Part shown: in pieces, positions 25,611-37,300 of the stretch | How the letters are laid out: every line of letters begins with the position of its first letter | How positions within the stretch are numbered: position 1 is the stretch's first letter | DNA from: Narcine bancroftii | Taxonomy: Eukaryota | Assembly: GCF_036971445.1 (NCBI RefSeq) | Contig: NC_091475.1 | Span: 54,994,001 to 55,058,000 of the forward strand | DNA: 64,000 nt | Reading direction: 5' to 3' | Made by a program: the position numbers and the translations under genes | Notes under the pieces: generated by a model | The model's database searches: none | What the model saw: only the letters and a program-made list of their open reading frames with translations | What the model was told of the DNA's origin: nothing

Positions 25611-26754
25611 AATAAAAATAAAGTTTAACACCTTCACAGCACTCCCCTCTCAAATATTACAGTATTCTCAAACAACTTCTTTTACATTGTCTATCTCTTA
25701 AAATAAATTGTGTTGACAGAGGGGTGGAAAAGTGACCATGAGAACTTTAAAATGGTTTAAATTGGACCCAATGTCAGTGAAAAAAAATTGCTCGAATATT
25801 CTGTGCTCCTTCGATATCTCTAATTGATAATAATGTCTTCACATGGTTGCTTCTCTCTCTCTCTCATTGTTGGCTTCTATTCAACTGTTTGGGTTTTCAT
25901 CTCTATGCTAAATTCATGTCAATCCACAGTTGTTTGTTTGGTTTCCTTCTGTTTTTTCTTTTACTGAGTCAGCTACATTGCATCTCTAGAATCTTTTCTC
26001 CTGGTTGAACATATAGTTTAGGTTGTAATCTTGCCCTATTTAAACATCTGTCTCAGAGACCAAGAGCCAGTTGGAGGAACCCAACCCTTTGGTAACTGAA
26101 AAGATGACATCTCTTCATCGCAATGAAGTTCAGCCGTCATGTCATTAAATCATGAAATGCAAGAAAGGAGGCAAAACTGGGTGGGCGAAGGGAAGATGAG
26201 AAACAAGGGTTCGCATTAGACAACACTTCTCAATTAATGATGAGAAATGTGCTGTCTTGTTTCAATGAGATATCTTTAATGAGTTATAATTTCTCTTGCG
26301 TTTATTAGACATTGTTGACGCTGTCACCTTTAATTGCAAATAGAAAGTTGTGGATTCAATTGACAGTCTGTTAATATGGGCCAGTCAGTGAAATTCTGCA
26401 TTACGTGGCACAGCCACATTGTTGGAATGGGCACTTGTAGTGAGCATCTCCCTTCAATTAAATTGCATGAGGCAAAATATCCAATCAAAGTTTTGACTTA
26501 TGAGCCAGTTGAACTCAATCAGTAAAATTAAGTCAGGCATATAGGGAAAAAATGCAGTTACATAATTCAAAAATAAATTACAATAACATTTCAAATCTTT
26601 TTGAACATTATTATATTTGTTATGGAGAAAGATATCTGTGATAAATTCAAAGCATAAAACACACAGTCCGTTACGAAGGGCATAGAATGGGGTTTATACT
26701 TTGTCTGTACCTTGATTTTTTAAACATCTTAAATAAAGTTTAAAAAAACCAAAG

Positions 26755-27280
26755 TGCATAGATGATTACAGCCCTTCCACACTTGATGTAATGCCAACCT
26801 ATATAAACCTACTCCACAATCTAAACCTTCCCCACCTCAGACCCATTTCCCACTATTTTTCTTGCATCTAAGTGCTTGGCTAGGAGTCTTTTAAATGTTC
26901 CTACTGTGCACCCCCAATTCTCTGTGTAAAAGACTTACCCCCCTCCATGTCTCCACCTAAACTTTCCTCCCTTCCATAATACAGATGTCCTCTGATATTT
27001 TCTATGCTTGGCTTGGGTAAAATGGAGCTGGCTGTCTACCCTATCTCTGCCTCTCATAATCATGTAGACATTTATTAAGTCCCTTCTCACTCTTCTTCGC
27101 TGCAAAGAGAAAAACCCTGCCTTTGTTCCCCTTGCCTCCTAAGACATGTTCTCCAATACAGGAAACATCCTGGTAAATCTCCTCTGCGTCCTTTCCAAAG
27201 CTTCCATATTTTCCCATAATGAGGCAACACAATATTCCAAGTGTGGTCTAACCAGAGTTTTGTCAAGCTGTGGAATTACC
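26755..27280 (-). mobile_element. CR1 LINE 3' fragment, degenerate
   Basis: acatcctggtaaatctcctctgc, acacaatattccaagtgtggtctaaccagag, ctatctctgcctctcataat are antisense CR1 ORF2 motifs. Confidence 0.75.
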
Positions 27281-27419
27281 TACGCAGAGGAACTTTCGAT
27301 AATTTCTTCTCTTCATCTATTCCCAGCACCATCACAGGTGTAAGCTGATGAAAGGGGGAGAGAAAAAAAACTTCATAAAAAGATGGGCCAAGATGGAGGA
27401 TGAGTGGAGAGGGGAGATG

Positions 27420-27846
27420 TTTCCAAAATTGAAAACATCTATGGGGAATGCTGTCATCAAAGAGCAGCAGCAATCATCAAATGATTCACACCACCCAGCA
27501 CACACTCTGATCTCGCTTCTACCATTAAGAAAGAGGTAATGGTGCCACAAGACTCGCACCACCAGATTCAGCAGCTACCCTCCACCATCAGACTCTTCAA
27601 TGACAAACTCAATCGGAGACTCCTTTAAGGACTCTTACTTGTGCACTTCATTGGTTTTTTTCCCCCTCCTTTCTGTATTGCACAGTCAGGTATTTATATT
27701 TGTTTGTTGATTTACAACTGTTTATTGTGCACAGTTTTTTTTGGCATAACCAATTAGTGATAATTCTGCCTGGCCCACAGAGAAAGGAATCTCAGGGTTG
27801 TATGTGATGTCGTGTTTATATTCTGACAATAAATCTGAACTCTGAA
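27420..27846 (+). mobile_element. Rex1/Babar-type LINE 3' end
   Basis: gagcagcagcaatcatcaa..cacaccacccagcacac; tail gggttgtatgtgatgtc...tgacaataaatctgaactctga. Confidence 0.8.
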
Positions 27847-29316
27847 ATCAGGTAGGGGAAGGGGAGGAGCACCGGCTAACATGAAGAGGTAATAGGCGAA
27901 TACAGGTGGGAGGGTTATTTACCAAGATCACTCAGTTCTACATTTCAACAAACACATAGCAGCACCCTATTTACAAGTTTTAATTCTGCTTGTGTGTGCA
28001 TTTTTAAATATTACTGTTGTGAATTGACTTTGTAAATGGCATGTAAATGTTTCATGTGATTACTGCAAATGGAAAATGCGGATTAACTTCATTGGAAATT
28101 CATAGCAAGAAAGTGCCAACAGAGAACAGAAGCAATCAAATCAGAACAGATCACATATTGAGATATTCAAATGGTAAAAATGCAAAGGGAACGCAGCATG
28201 TAAAGATCAGTCAGGAAGAAACAAACCTGCCAGGTGTGAATGGAAGACCTGAAATCAGAGAAGCAAAATTTGGAGACGGAGCAAGGATTAGGCCAACCGA
28301 GCACACAGTGTTTTGCACTGATTTCCTTCCTCTTCATTGATGACTGTTCTCAGCAAGGAGGTGACAGGATTTGTTTTTTTTTGAGTTTTGGCTTCACATC
28401 CATTGTTACTGACCCCACTCAAGTCTGCAGAACAAATGCAGGTATTGCACATGTAAAACTGCACGAGGAACCACACCGATCACACAAATTAAATGTCAAA
28501 CACCTGCTCTAATTCAAAGTGGGAGCTGCAAATAATCACATTGTAATTCAGTGGCATGAACCACCAGGTCATTGAAGCCATCTCTGAAACTTGGAAACAC
28601 ATGATAAGGCAGGTAAGTTAGAGTCTTTTACAGCCATTCTTCGTGTTACATTATCTATGTGGTGTCTCCTTCTTCATTCTCATGACTCCAGCAATCTTTT
28701 CACTTCCCCACTCCCCCACCTAAAGTTAGTAATGCTTTACCTGCACTTTAGGGGCTTCACCTAAAATAGTCTTGCTTCCGCTCACCCCCTCCCAAGATGT
28801 GTGATTCCAGTGATAGATACAGATTCACGTTTAAAGCCTTTTTGCCCTCTGTTTTAACCAGCGTCTTGATTAAAGTCGACACAATGCTTTCAACATTCTT
28901 TGGAACAAACCTTTTTTTTTAATTTTAATTTTAATCAACAACGTGGCTTTCCCTGCTTAAGATCTTCTTTGCTAAGGGAAAGTCAGCACCCATCCCCTTC
29001 CCACTACACCTTCCTACATTTGGCAACTTTTATCCAGTTACTGCTGGTTTGATTAAAATGTAGTTGACATGCAGAAAGAATATCTTCATAATTTATGAAC
29101 AAAGGCAGCTCAATGGCCTCATATCTTCTGCAGTAAAAATCCACATTATCCTCAAGGAAACTCAAGTTTGGGCTTTATTTCATTACAAAATTACGACCAA
29201 TGACAAAATACAATATTTTGCCACTAAATTGGAAAGCAACTTACTTTGTAAAAACCTAAAATTAAACTTTCTGTCAATGTAAATTATGTGAGATTTCTCA
29301 GTTTGACAGAGAGGAG

Positions 29317-30382
29317 TGTTACGGGTTATGTTATATTTTATACTATATATATAAAGGTCTTTAAAAGAAATAGATTGTGTGGAGTTTAGTGTTGGTCACT
29401 TCACAAACTGACATTAACATCTCACAAAACACATCTCATTTGAAATGCAAGAACTATGCTTAAGTAGAGACTTCATGTCCACAGTGACTTCACAGAAACT
29501 TTGAAGAATACCTCTAGAGACTTCACAAGGAGGTGTTAATTGGATGGATGTTGGGGAATAAATGGATTATTGTCTTTAAAGCAACAGATGGCCAGGCTCA
29601 GAAACTGATTCCGGTGCCAGCAATCTGCCTGGCTGCAGTTTGCTGTTCTAGGAGGGGTCATGTGGTTTTGCAAACAGAGAGAGAAAAAAACGTGATTCTT
29701 TAGCGAGAGAGAGAGAGAAGTCAGTTCTATAGTTCCTCATTAGCTTTTGAGGGCTGCAACATGGCAAGCTGGCAGACTTGTTGAAAACCCCATTTTGAAG
29801 ACAGGTTGTGAGTTCTGAGTTCAGCCTTTTGAAAATCCTTGTGGTCCTTACAAGAGAAATGGCTGGCGAGAGTGTTTCACCTGAAATAATGGAAAAAAGG
29901 AACTCTGTGATGACCTGGAAGAAGAGATTATCATTTGGAAAAACCCTGATGGGGCAAGGTTCTTCTGCAAGACAATGAAGTGACTGATCGGAGGAAATCA
30001 GTTTGTGTGTGTGTCAAATGAGCAACAAATTTCTCTCTGAAACCAACTAGAACCTTCCTGAGTGGTAAATATTTACCTTTAAACACCAGAGCCTGGTGAA
30101 AATTCATAAATGTTAAATTCTGTGCACAGTATAAGAGCTACCTGATAACTTGGAGAAGTGAGAAGGGCGATTGGACTGTGAATCAAGTAACTTTCCTGAA
30201 CGTATACACATTACATACACATGTGCTTGAAATTAGAAGGGGGTTAAGTTAATAGCAATAAGTTGAAGATTGATCACGTTTTTATGTTTAAAGAAAATTA
30301 AAAGCAACTTTTTAAAAGTAACCGTTTGTCTTGGTGAATTTCTCTTGCTGCTGGTTTTTGGGGTCCTCTGGGCCCCATAACA
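29317..30382 (+). mobile_element. Solo LTR (family A), 1066 bp, 4-bp TSD GGAG
   Basis: Termini TGTTACGGG...CCCATAACA (TG..CA, 9-bp inverted repeat with 1 mismatch); GGAG at 29313-29316 and 30383-30386; no internal gag/pol. Confidence 0.9.
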
Positions 30383-31879
30383 GGAGAAAGAGTCCTGATT
30401 TTGCCAGTGACATGATTTCATAGGTCAGCACAACATCTGTGGGCTGAAGGGCCTGGAATGTTCGATGATTAACCTCTCCTCACCTGATCCAAACCAAAAG
30501 TACAAATTTGGTCATCTAATTTTGAGCTCTATCCAGGGATCAAACTGCTGATTCACCACAAGCCACCATATGTTCAACTGCAATCTGCCCAAACACTTCT
30601 TGATTTCACAGACGGCTGTGAGACAAGAGTGTTTATTAATCACCTGTCATTTAGGCACTTGGTGAAGTATTATACGAACCCATTGTTTACAGCTCACTTG
30701 CTCTGCTTTTACTGTGAAGCTTATCTTAGAGGCATGACTCCCTGTAATGTAAGTTTATAATGTTCTCACTATCAACATGTTCTGTGATTGTATATAAATG
30801 TCCCTTTTTGTAAGATTATGCATTGGAAATTATTCAATAATTAGTTAATACACTGGCTTGTACTTAATTGCACATATGACCTCAAAAAGTACTTGGACAG
30901 TGACAGAATTTCATGCAGTTTACCTTCACAGTGTCATATAATTTGTTGATTTTGATGGAAACTGCAATACATCATAAAATATAATCCTTCTCATCAATAA
31001 CATTTAATGAAAGACCAGATGAAATGGAATCAAAAGTAATTACAGTAAAATCTTAGAATCCACGGTGCCTCCTCTGACCAAAGAGGAATCTCCGATCACT
31101 CACAGCCAATGAGACAATCCTGGTATCACTGCTGTACTGTGTAGTGCCCACTGTTCAAGGAGCAAAATCATTGCCTGAAGGACAGGCATTAGTCAGGTGA
31201 CATCATCTTGTCCCCTGCTCAAGATCAGGGCATGACCACAATTTATCAAGCAGCAGGCCGGCCTATCTGCTCTTGCCTCTAAGACAGGTTTAAACACACG
31301 CTCAAGTGAGCAGCAAGTGCATTTTATTGAGCGAAGGGAACAAATTACTCCAGCATTCCAGGTAACGGCAAGGAGGATTTGTGCAGAGGAAGTCAATTAG
31401 TCGTAGTTTTCAATTTTCTTCAACAGTTTTGTCAATTAAAGGCTACTTTAAATAATTCTGTATCAATGGAATCTTCAGAAAGGTGGCAAAATATTCTTTG
31501 CTTGATTATGCCATTGCCTTTCTCTCGAGCAGTATTTCTATGGACCAGTGGTGGTCTGTGGGTTGGTTATAGGTGGTCTGCTGTGAAGGGGCAAAGCTAA
31601 GTACTAACATTTAAAGCTATGTAAAACCAGGTGGCCCAATAAGGCAGAGTCCTTCATGGTATGTTGTTGCTGCAAGAACATGGGGTTCTTTAACTTTACT
31701 GAAATAGGCTGTCATGAAATTCCAGTACAAACACAAACATTCAGGTTTAATCTACACAACTGTTTATGTTTTAATGAGAAATGACTGCAAGATCATTGTT
31801 TTGCTTGCTACATACATCAGAAATATTGATTAATGGATGTTAAATCTGCTGTAATCTTTTGGTTAAGAATATCTCCATA

Positions 31880-31926
31880 TTCTTTCTTTTCTTTTCTTTG
31901 GCTTGGCTTCGCGGACGAAGATTTAC
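31880..31926 (-). mobile_element. Extremely truncated RTE tail (~45 bp)
   Basis: tctttcttttcttttctttggcttggcttcgcggacgaagattta is the reverse complement of the RTE 3' terminus. Confidence 0.85.
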
Positions 31927-32120
31927 AGCGCCAGCAACATGGGTTCAAATCCAGTGCTGTCTGCAAGGAGTTTGCACATTCTCCCCGTGTCCCCTGTCAT
32001 CTTTTGGTGAACAATTTCTCAAAATATACCAGCAGTTAGCACACTATTGCAGTGCCAGTGACACGAGTTCTAATCAAGCGCTGTCTGCAAGTTTGTACGT
32101 CTGCCCTATGTCTGTGTGGG
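31923..32120 (+). mobile_element. Two tandem tRNA-SINE head fragments
   Basis: ttacagcgccagc..gggttcaaatcc..gctgtctgcaaggagtttg and ttgcagtgccagtgacacgagttctaatc..gctgtctgcaagtttgtacg. Confidence 0.6.
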
Positions 32121-32334
32121 ATGTATCTATCAATGGGAATCTTTTAAGTGTGAAATAATATGTATCCTTTGGTTCTGAGGAGATGCTACAAAGCTGAGAC
32201 AACGCATCACTCCCTCTTTGTTAAAGCAGCCTTTCCAAGCAGCTGTTTGTATTTGAGAACGCTGATGAACAAAGCTAAGTCAGATGAAAATGGTTTGATC
32301 TTTAAGTTGGCAGAGGAAAAGAGAGTTCGGATAT

Positions 32335-32578
32335 AAATTTTACATTTAGACCTATAACACGATAACAGACCCTTTCGTCCCACAAACCCGAGCTGCCCAA
32401 TTGGCCTACACCCCCAGTACATTTTTAACAGTGGGAGGAAACTGGATCCCCTGGGGAAAACCCACACAGATACGGGGAGAACATACAAACTCCTTACAGA
32501 CACTGCAGGATTCAAAGCTAGGTTCCCATCATTGGCACTGCAAAGGCGTTGCGCTAACGGCTAAGCTAACGATGCCAC
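32335..32578 (-). mobile_element. tRNA-derived SINE, near full length
   Basis: Minus: ggcatcgttagcttagccgttagcgcaacgcctttgcagtgcc (A-box-like)...ctgtaaggagtttgtatgttctccccg...gaaagggtctgttatcgtgttataggtctaaat. Confidence 0.8.
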
Positions 32579-32699
32579 CCCTATCTAAAGGGAAAAAGAA
32601 GGTTGAAATGGGTGTGAATGCAGCAGAGTTAAAGCGGAAGCAATGTAACAGAAACTTGTGCTGCAAATTTTTAAAGCAGCAATCTTCAATGTACTCAAC

Positions 32700-33260
32700 A
32701 AGTTCAATTTTATTGTCAGAGTACATACAAAGCATCACATACAACCCTGCGCTCTTTTTACTGTGATCTAGGCACCATTTCTGCCTATCGCTAACTGAAA
32801 ACTGTGGTCAAGAACAAAGATACACTTACAAAAAAGAGCAAAATGTAAACAGACTGACTGTGACACAGAAAAAACATTCAGTAATCAACAATGTGCAAAG
32901 TACGAGTCCCTAAATGAGTCTCTGATTGAGTTTGTCGTTGAGGAGTCTGATGGTGGAGGGGTAGCAGCTGTTCCTGAACCTGGTGGTACAAGTCTTGTGG
33001 CACCGATACCTCTTTCCTGATGGTAGCAGCAAGAACAGAGCATGTCCTGGGTGGTGAGGCTCCATTTTTATTTGAACATTTTATTTAAGAATTTTTAAAC
33101 CACATCCATGTATACCTATTCAATAAAACTAAAAAGAATCATCCCTCCCTTGCTTCCCAGCCCCCACCCTAGATTTTTGCTGCTCTCCGACAGCAGCAGT
33201 GCTCCATGTCGAATTTCTCAGTGGTAGGAAGACTCTTACCCATGATGTACTGGGGCACCT
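32700..33260 (-). mobile_element. Rex1/Babar-type LINE 3' end with a small L1-tail-like insertion (~33065-33172)
   Basis: tttattgtcagagtacatac...ctgattgagtttgtcgttgaggagtctgatggtggagg is the reverse complement of 36600-36915. Confidence 0.8.
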
Positions 33261-33282
33261 CCATTTTTTTGACATTTTAATA

Positions 33283-33560
33283 CCGTATATACATGTGCAA
33301 TAGTCAAATTTTGTGGACCAATATTCAGGGCATAATTTTGGGGGTCAACTATTACACACATACTACTTTTGACTGCGGTAAGTGCCTGCGTCGAGAACTC
33401 GGATGGGCCATGGGACCGTGTGGAAAGTCACGTTTGGGACTTCGGGAGCTCTGAGGGGCGGGCGGCCTGGGCCGAGACGAGGGGCGTCAGGATGTCAGCC
33501 ACCACTTTACCACTCTTTATCCTCTTTCCATCCGGTGGGCAGGAAGGGTGTGGTCGTTGG
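33283..33560. mobile_element. Possible Tc1/mariner (Tc2/pogo-like) DNA transposon left end with CpG-rich interior
   Basis: ta|ccgtatatacatgtgcaatagtc resembles CCGTATATAC-type TIRs; truncates the Rex1 copy; right TIR not found. Confidence 0.4.
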
Positions 33561-34404
33561 ATGGTGCACAACAAACCGCCAATTTCCATCTTTGGGTTCT
33601 ACAGCCATTACAAAGTCCCACAAGAATCCCTTCTTCCAATTTTAGTTTTCTCAATTTTTAAGTTAAAATTTCTGAGGTTTGTAGAAAAGATTTTTTTTCC
33701 ACAATTCAAAATTGCTCAAAGATTTTTTTCCTTTGTACTTATTTCTTCAACTCTAATCTTCCCATTTGTACTTATATTGTTGGAAATTATGGTGTCACTA
33801 TCCACACATTTCTACACTGGGAAAACTAATGAAAACTATGCATTCCCCATACAATGATCAACACAGATATAATCTTATATTCAACAGCCAATGTATTTAG
33901 TAGCTTCATATTCATATTTTTGGACCTTGTGAATATAAAGCTGAACATTTACTTTTGATAATTTTGTCTGAGGCATCAGCATGAATATTGACAAAGAATG
34001 GATAAAACCTTCCAATCCAATTTCCAGCTGTAGATAGAAATCAAACCGACCACTGTTAATTGGATTGCTGAACTCATTTCATTAAAGTCAGTCTTCTTTG
34101 ATTGAAGATTTTGTTTTCTCTCTGCCAGTGACTAGGTAATAACTTTCACTTCAGTGCTTTCTTTCTGCAAAATGGTTAATCATTTAAATATATTGATTTC
34201 CAACTATTGATGACCGGCCTTGAGCACCTTAAGGACAATGGTACACCAGTAGGTCCTGGCTTTCCAGAATAGTTGGACCAGAGGCCATTCTGCCAAGCCA
34301 GGTACTGGTCACATCACTACACAGTACAGATATTGCTACAAACTGTGAGCCCTTGAATCGGCTTTCTGTCCTGTTTTGCTTAACTTTGTTCCAGACACTG
34401 TAGT

Positions 34405-36085
34405 TGCAAGTAAAAATGCAACACTGGAAAAACTTAGCAGGTATGCACCTCAACAAAATGGGGTGGGAGGGTGACAGGGAGGAGGAGCAGAGTCCCGAAG
34501 ACATGAGGTAATAGGTGGATAAGGGAGTGAGGTTACAGCAAGAAGCTGGGGGGTGGAGGAATGGCTCTAAATGGAGAGGGAAGGAGGTGGAGAGCTGGAG
34601 GGAAGACAAAGGGAAAAGGAAAGGAGGGAGAATAAAGATTAGGCTAGCAGAAACTGGAGGACAATATTAATGACATCCAGTTGGAGAGGGTCCAGGTGGA
34701 AAACCAACAGTTGGGGGGACAGTACATGAGGACATGGACAGAGATGTCAGTAATGGGAGTGGGACACAGAATTGAAGTTATTGGTCACTGGGAGATCCCT
34801 GTCTCAGATGCGGACAGAGTGAAGATGCTCAGGGAAGTGATCTCCCAGTCTGTGCCCATTCTCTCCAATGTATAGAAGGCCACAAAGGGAGCACCAGATG
34901 CGGTACATAACACCCGTGGATGCGCTTCACTTTAAAGGTCTGTTTGGGGCCTGAATTGATAGTGAGGGAGGAGGTGTGGACACAAGTGTGACACTTCCTG
35001 CACCCGCAAGGGAAGGTGCCAAGGGGAAAATTGGTGGGAATGGATGAATGGACAAGAGAGTCATGGAGAGAATGGTCCCCACAGAAGGTGGAGAGGGAAG
35101 GAGAGAGGAAGATTATCTGGTGGTGGCCAAAATTATGGAGGATAACGTGTTGGATAATGAAACTCGAGGGGTGGTAGGTAAGGACAGGGGTATCCTGTGT
35201 TTGTTACGTCAGGGAGACCCAGAGGGCCAGGAAATGGGGGAGATATTGATAAGGGCTAAGTTTATGGTGGTCAATAGAGTAGTCACATTTGTGGAGGCAG
35301 GAGGCATTTCAGATGATCTGGACTGGAATACCTCATCCTTGGAACAGATATGGTGAAAACGGAGAAATTTCAAGAAGGGAGTAGAATCCTTCCAGTGGAG
35401 AGGAGGGTGTGAGGAAGTGTCGTCGAGATAGTTGTGGAAGTTAGTGGGTTTGTAAAATATGTCTGTGGAAAGCTTGTCTCCCGAGATGTAGACAGAGAGA
35501 TCAAGAGAGGGGAGTGTGTTGCCAGAGATGGACCAAGTGAATTTGGGATAGGCATGGAATTTGTTTTTTTTTAAATTTAGACATTCAGCAAGGTAACAGG
35601 CCATTTCAGCCCACAGGTACATGCCACCCAATTTACACCCAATTAGCCTTCACTCCCAGTACATTTCAATTAGTGGGAGGAAACCAGAACCCCTGGGAAA
35701 AACCCACGCAGACACAGGGAGAACGTACAAACTTCTGACAGACAGTGCGAGTTTCGAACCCTGGTCTCGATCGCTGGCACTGTAAAGGTGTTGCACTAAC
35801 TGCTACGCCAACTGTGTTGGCAGCAAAGTGACTAAAGGTGACGAGCTCATTGCAGGTGTATGAGGCAGCCCTTGACGTAGTTGTCAATATAGCGGAGGAA
35901 GAGTCGAGCGGCCTTGCCTGCCTAGGCTTGCAGCATGGATTGCTCCACAAACAGGAAGGCATAGTTCGGCTCCTTTCAGGTACCCATGACGACTCCTTTG
36001 ATTTGAAGAAAGTGGGATGAATCAAAGGAAAGGTTGTTATGAGTAATAACATGTTCTGCCTGATGGAGGAGGGTGGTGGTGAAGG
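34405..36085 (-). mobile_element. Penelope-like element (RT + GIY-YIG), degenerate, interrupted by a SINE
   Basis: Minus KFTWSISGNTLPSLDLSVYISGDKLSTDIFYKPTNFHNYLD (PLE RT FLD...YxKPT motif); terminal module at 34405-34445. Confidence 0.85.
35570..35817 (-). mobile_element. tRNA-derived SINE nested in the Penelope element
   Basis: Minus: acagttggcgtagcagttagtgcaacacctttacagtgccagcgatcgagaccaggggttcgaaactc (A/B boxes). Confidence 0.85.
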
Positions 36086-36109
36086 TCTTTTGTCAAGAAT
36101 TGGGTTGAT

Positions 36110-36915
36110 GAATCAACGGTTCATCAAAATGTCCCCAAAAATAAGGAACTGATTGTTGACTTCAGGAAGGGAAAGCCAGAGGCATACCTGGATCGTAGTG
36201 ATTATTTGAGGATCAGAGGTGGAGGGGGTGAAAAAATTTAAGTTCTTGGGAGTCAATATCTCAGAGATATTTCCTGGACCCAACATATTGATAGCATTGT
36301 GAAGAAAGCAAGTCAGCATCTCAACTTTCTCGGGGGTTTGTTATGACAATAGAAACCCTAGCAAATTTCTACAGAGGTGTAATGGAAAGTGTGCTGACTA
36401 GCTGCATCATGGTCTGGTACAGGGACACCAATACCCTTGACTGTAAAGCCCTCCAAAAGGTAGTAGACATAACCTAGGACAATACAGACAAAACACTCCT
36501 CTCTATCGAGAACCGTCAGAGAGCAGCAGCATTCATCAAGGATCCACACCACCCAGCACATGCTCTGTTCTCACTGTTGCAATCAGGAAATAAGTATAGG
36601 TGCCAAAAGACTTGCACCACCAGGTTCAGGAACAGCTAGTACCCCTCCACCATCAGACTCCTCAACAACCAACTCAATCAGGGACTCATTGAAGATCTCT
36701 TACTTTTGCACTTTAATGATTATTTTTATTCTCTCTGCATTGCAATAGTTAGTTTATCTTCATTATCTGTTTTCATTTCTTTATTTGCTTACATGTATAT
36801 GTTGTGTACAGCTTTTTTTGCATTACCAACAAGTGGAAATTCTGCCTCACCTGCAGAGAAAGGAATCTCGGGGTTGTTTGTGATGTCATGTATGTACTCT
36901 GACAATAAATCTGAA
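36110..36915 (+). mobile_element. Rex1/Babar-type LINE 3' part nested in the Penelope element
   Basis: aaggaactgattgttgacttcagg, tttaagttcttgggagtc, gcaaatttctacagaggtg; tail ctctgacaataaatctga. Confidence 0.85.
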
Positions 36916-36924
36916 AGAAGCAAA

Positions 36925-37300
36925 GAGCTTTGAAACCTTCTGTATGGGCGATGGACATGTTTAGACGTCCATAGTGAAAATGAGGCCATCAGGTCCAGGG
37001 AATTGGAAGTTATTGAAGAGATAGAGGCATTGTGAGGTATCGTGGATGTAGGTGGGGAGGGATTAGACCAGGGGAGAAAAGATGGAGTTAAGATGATACT
37101 AGCTTGGTTGGGCAAGAGTTAGCGTAAACAATGATTCTACTCAGATAACTGGGTTTGTATATTTTGGGTAAAATGTAGAAGCAGGTAATGCAGGGATGAG
37201 AAACAATGAGATTGGAGGCCATGGGAGGGAGGTGACCAGAGGTGATGAGGTTGGAGTTGATATTGAAGATGGTGACTTGATTAATGGTGATATGGACCAG
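36925..37300 (-). mobile_element. Penelope-like RT upstream fragment (continuation of 34405-36085)
   Basis: Minus ttctacattttacccaaaatacacaaacc (FYILPKIHKP-like) and ttttcactatggacgtc (FTMDV) are PLE RT motifs. Confidence 0.7.
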
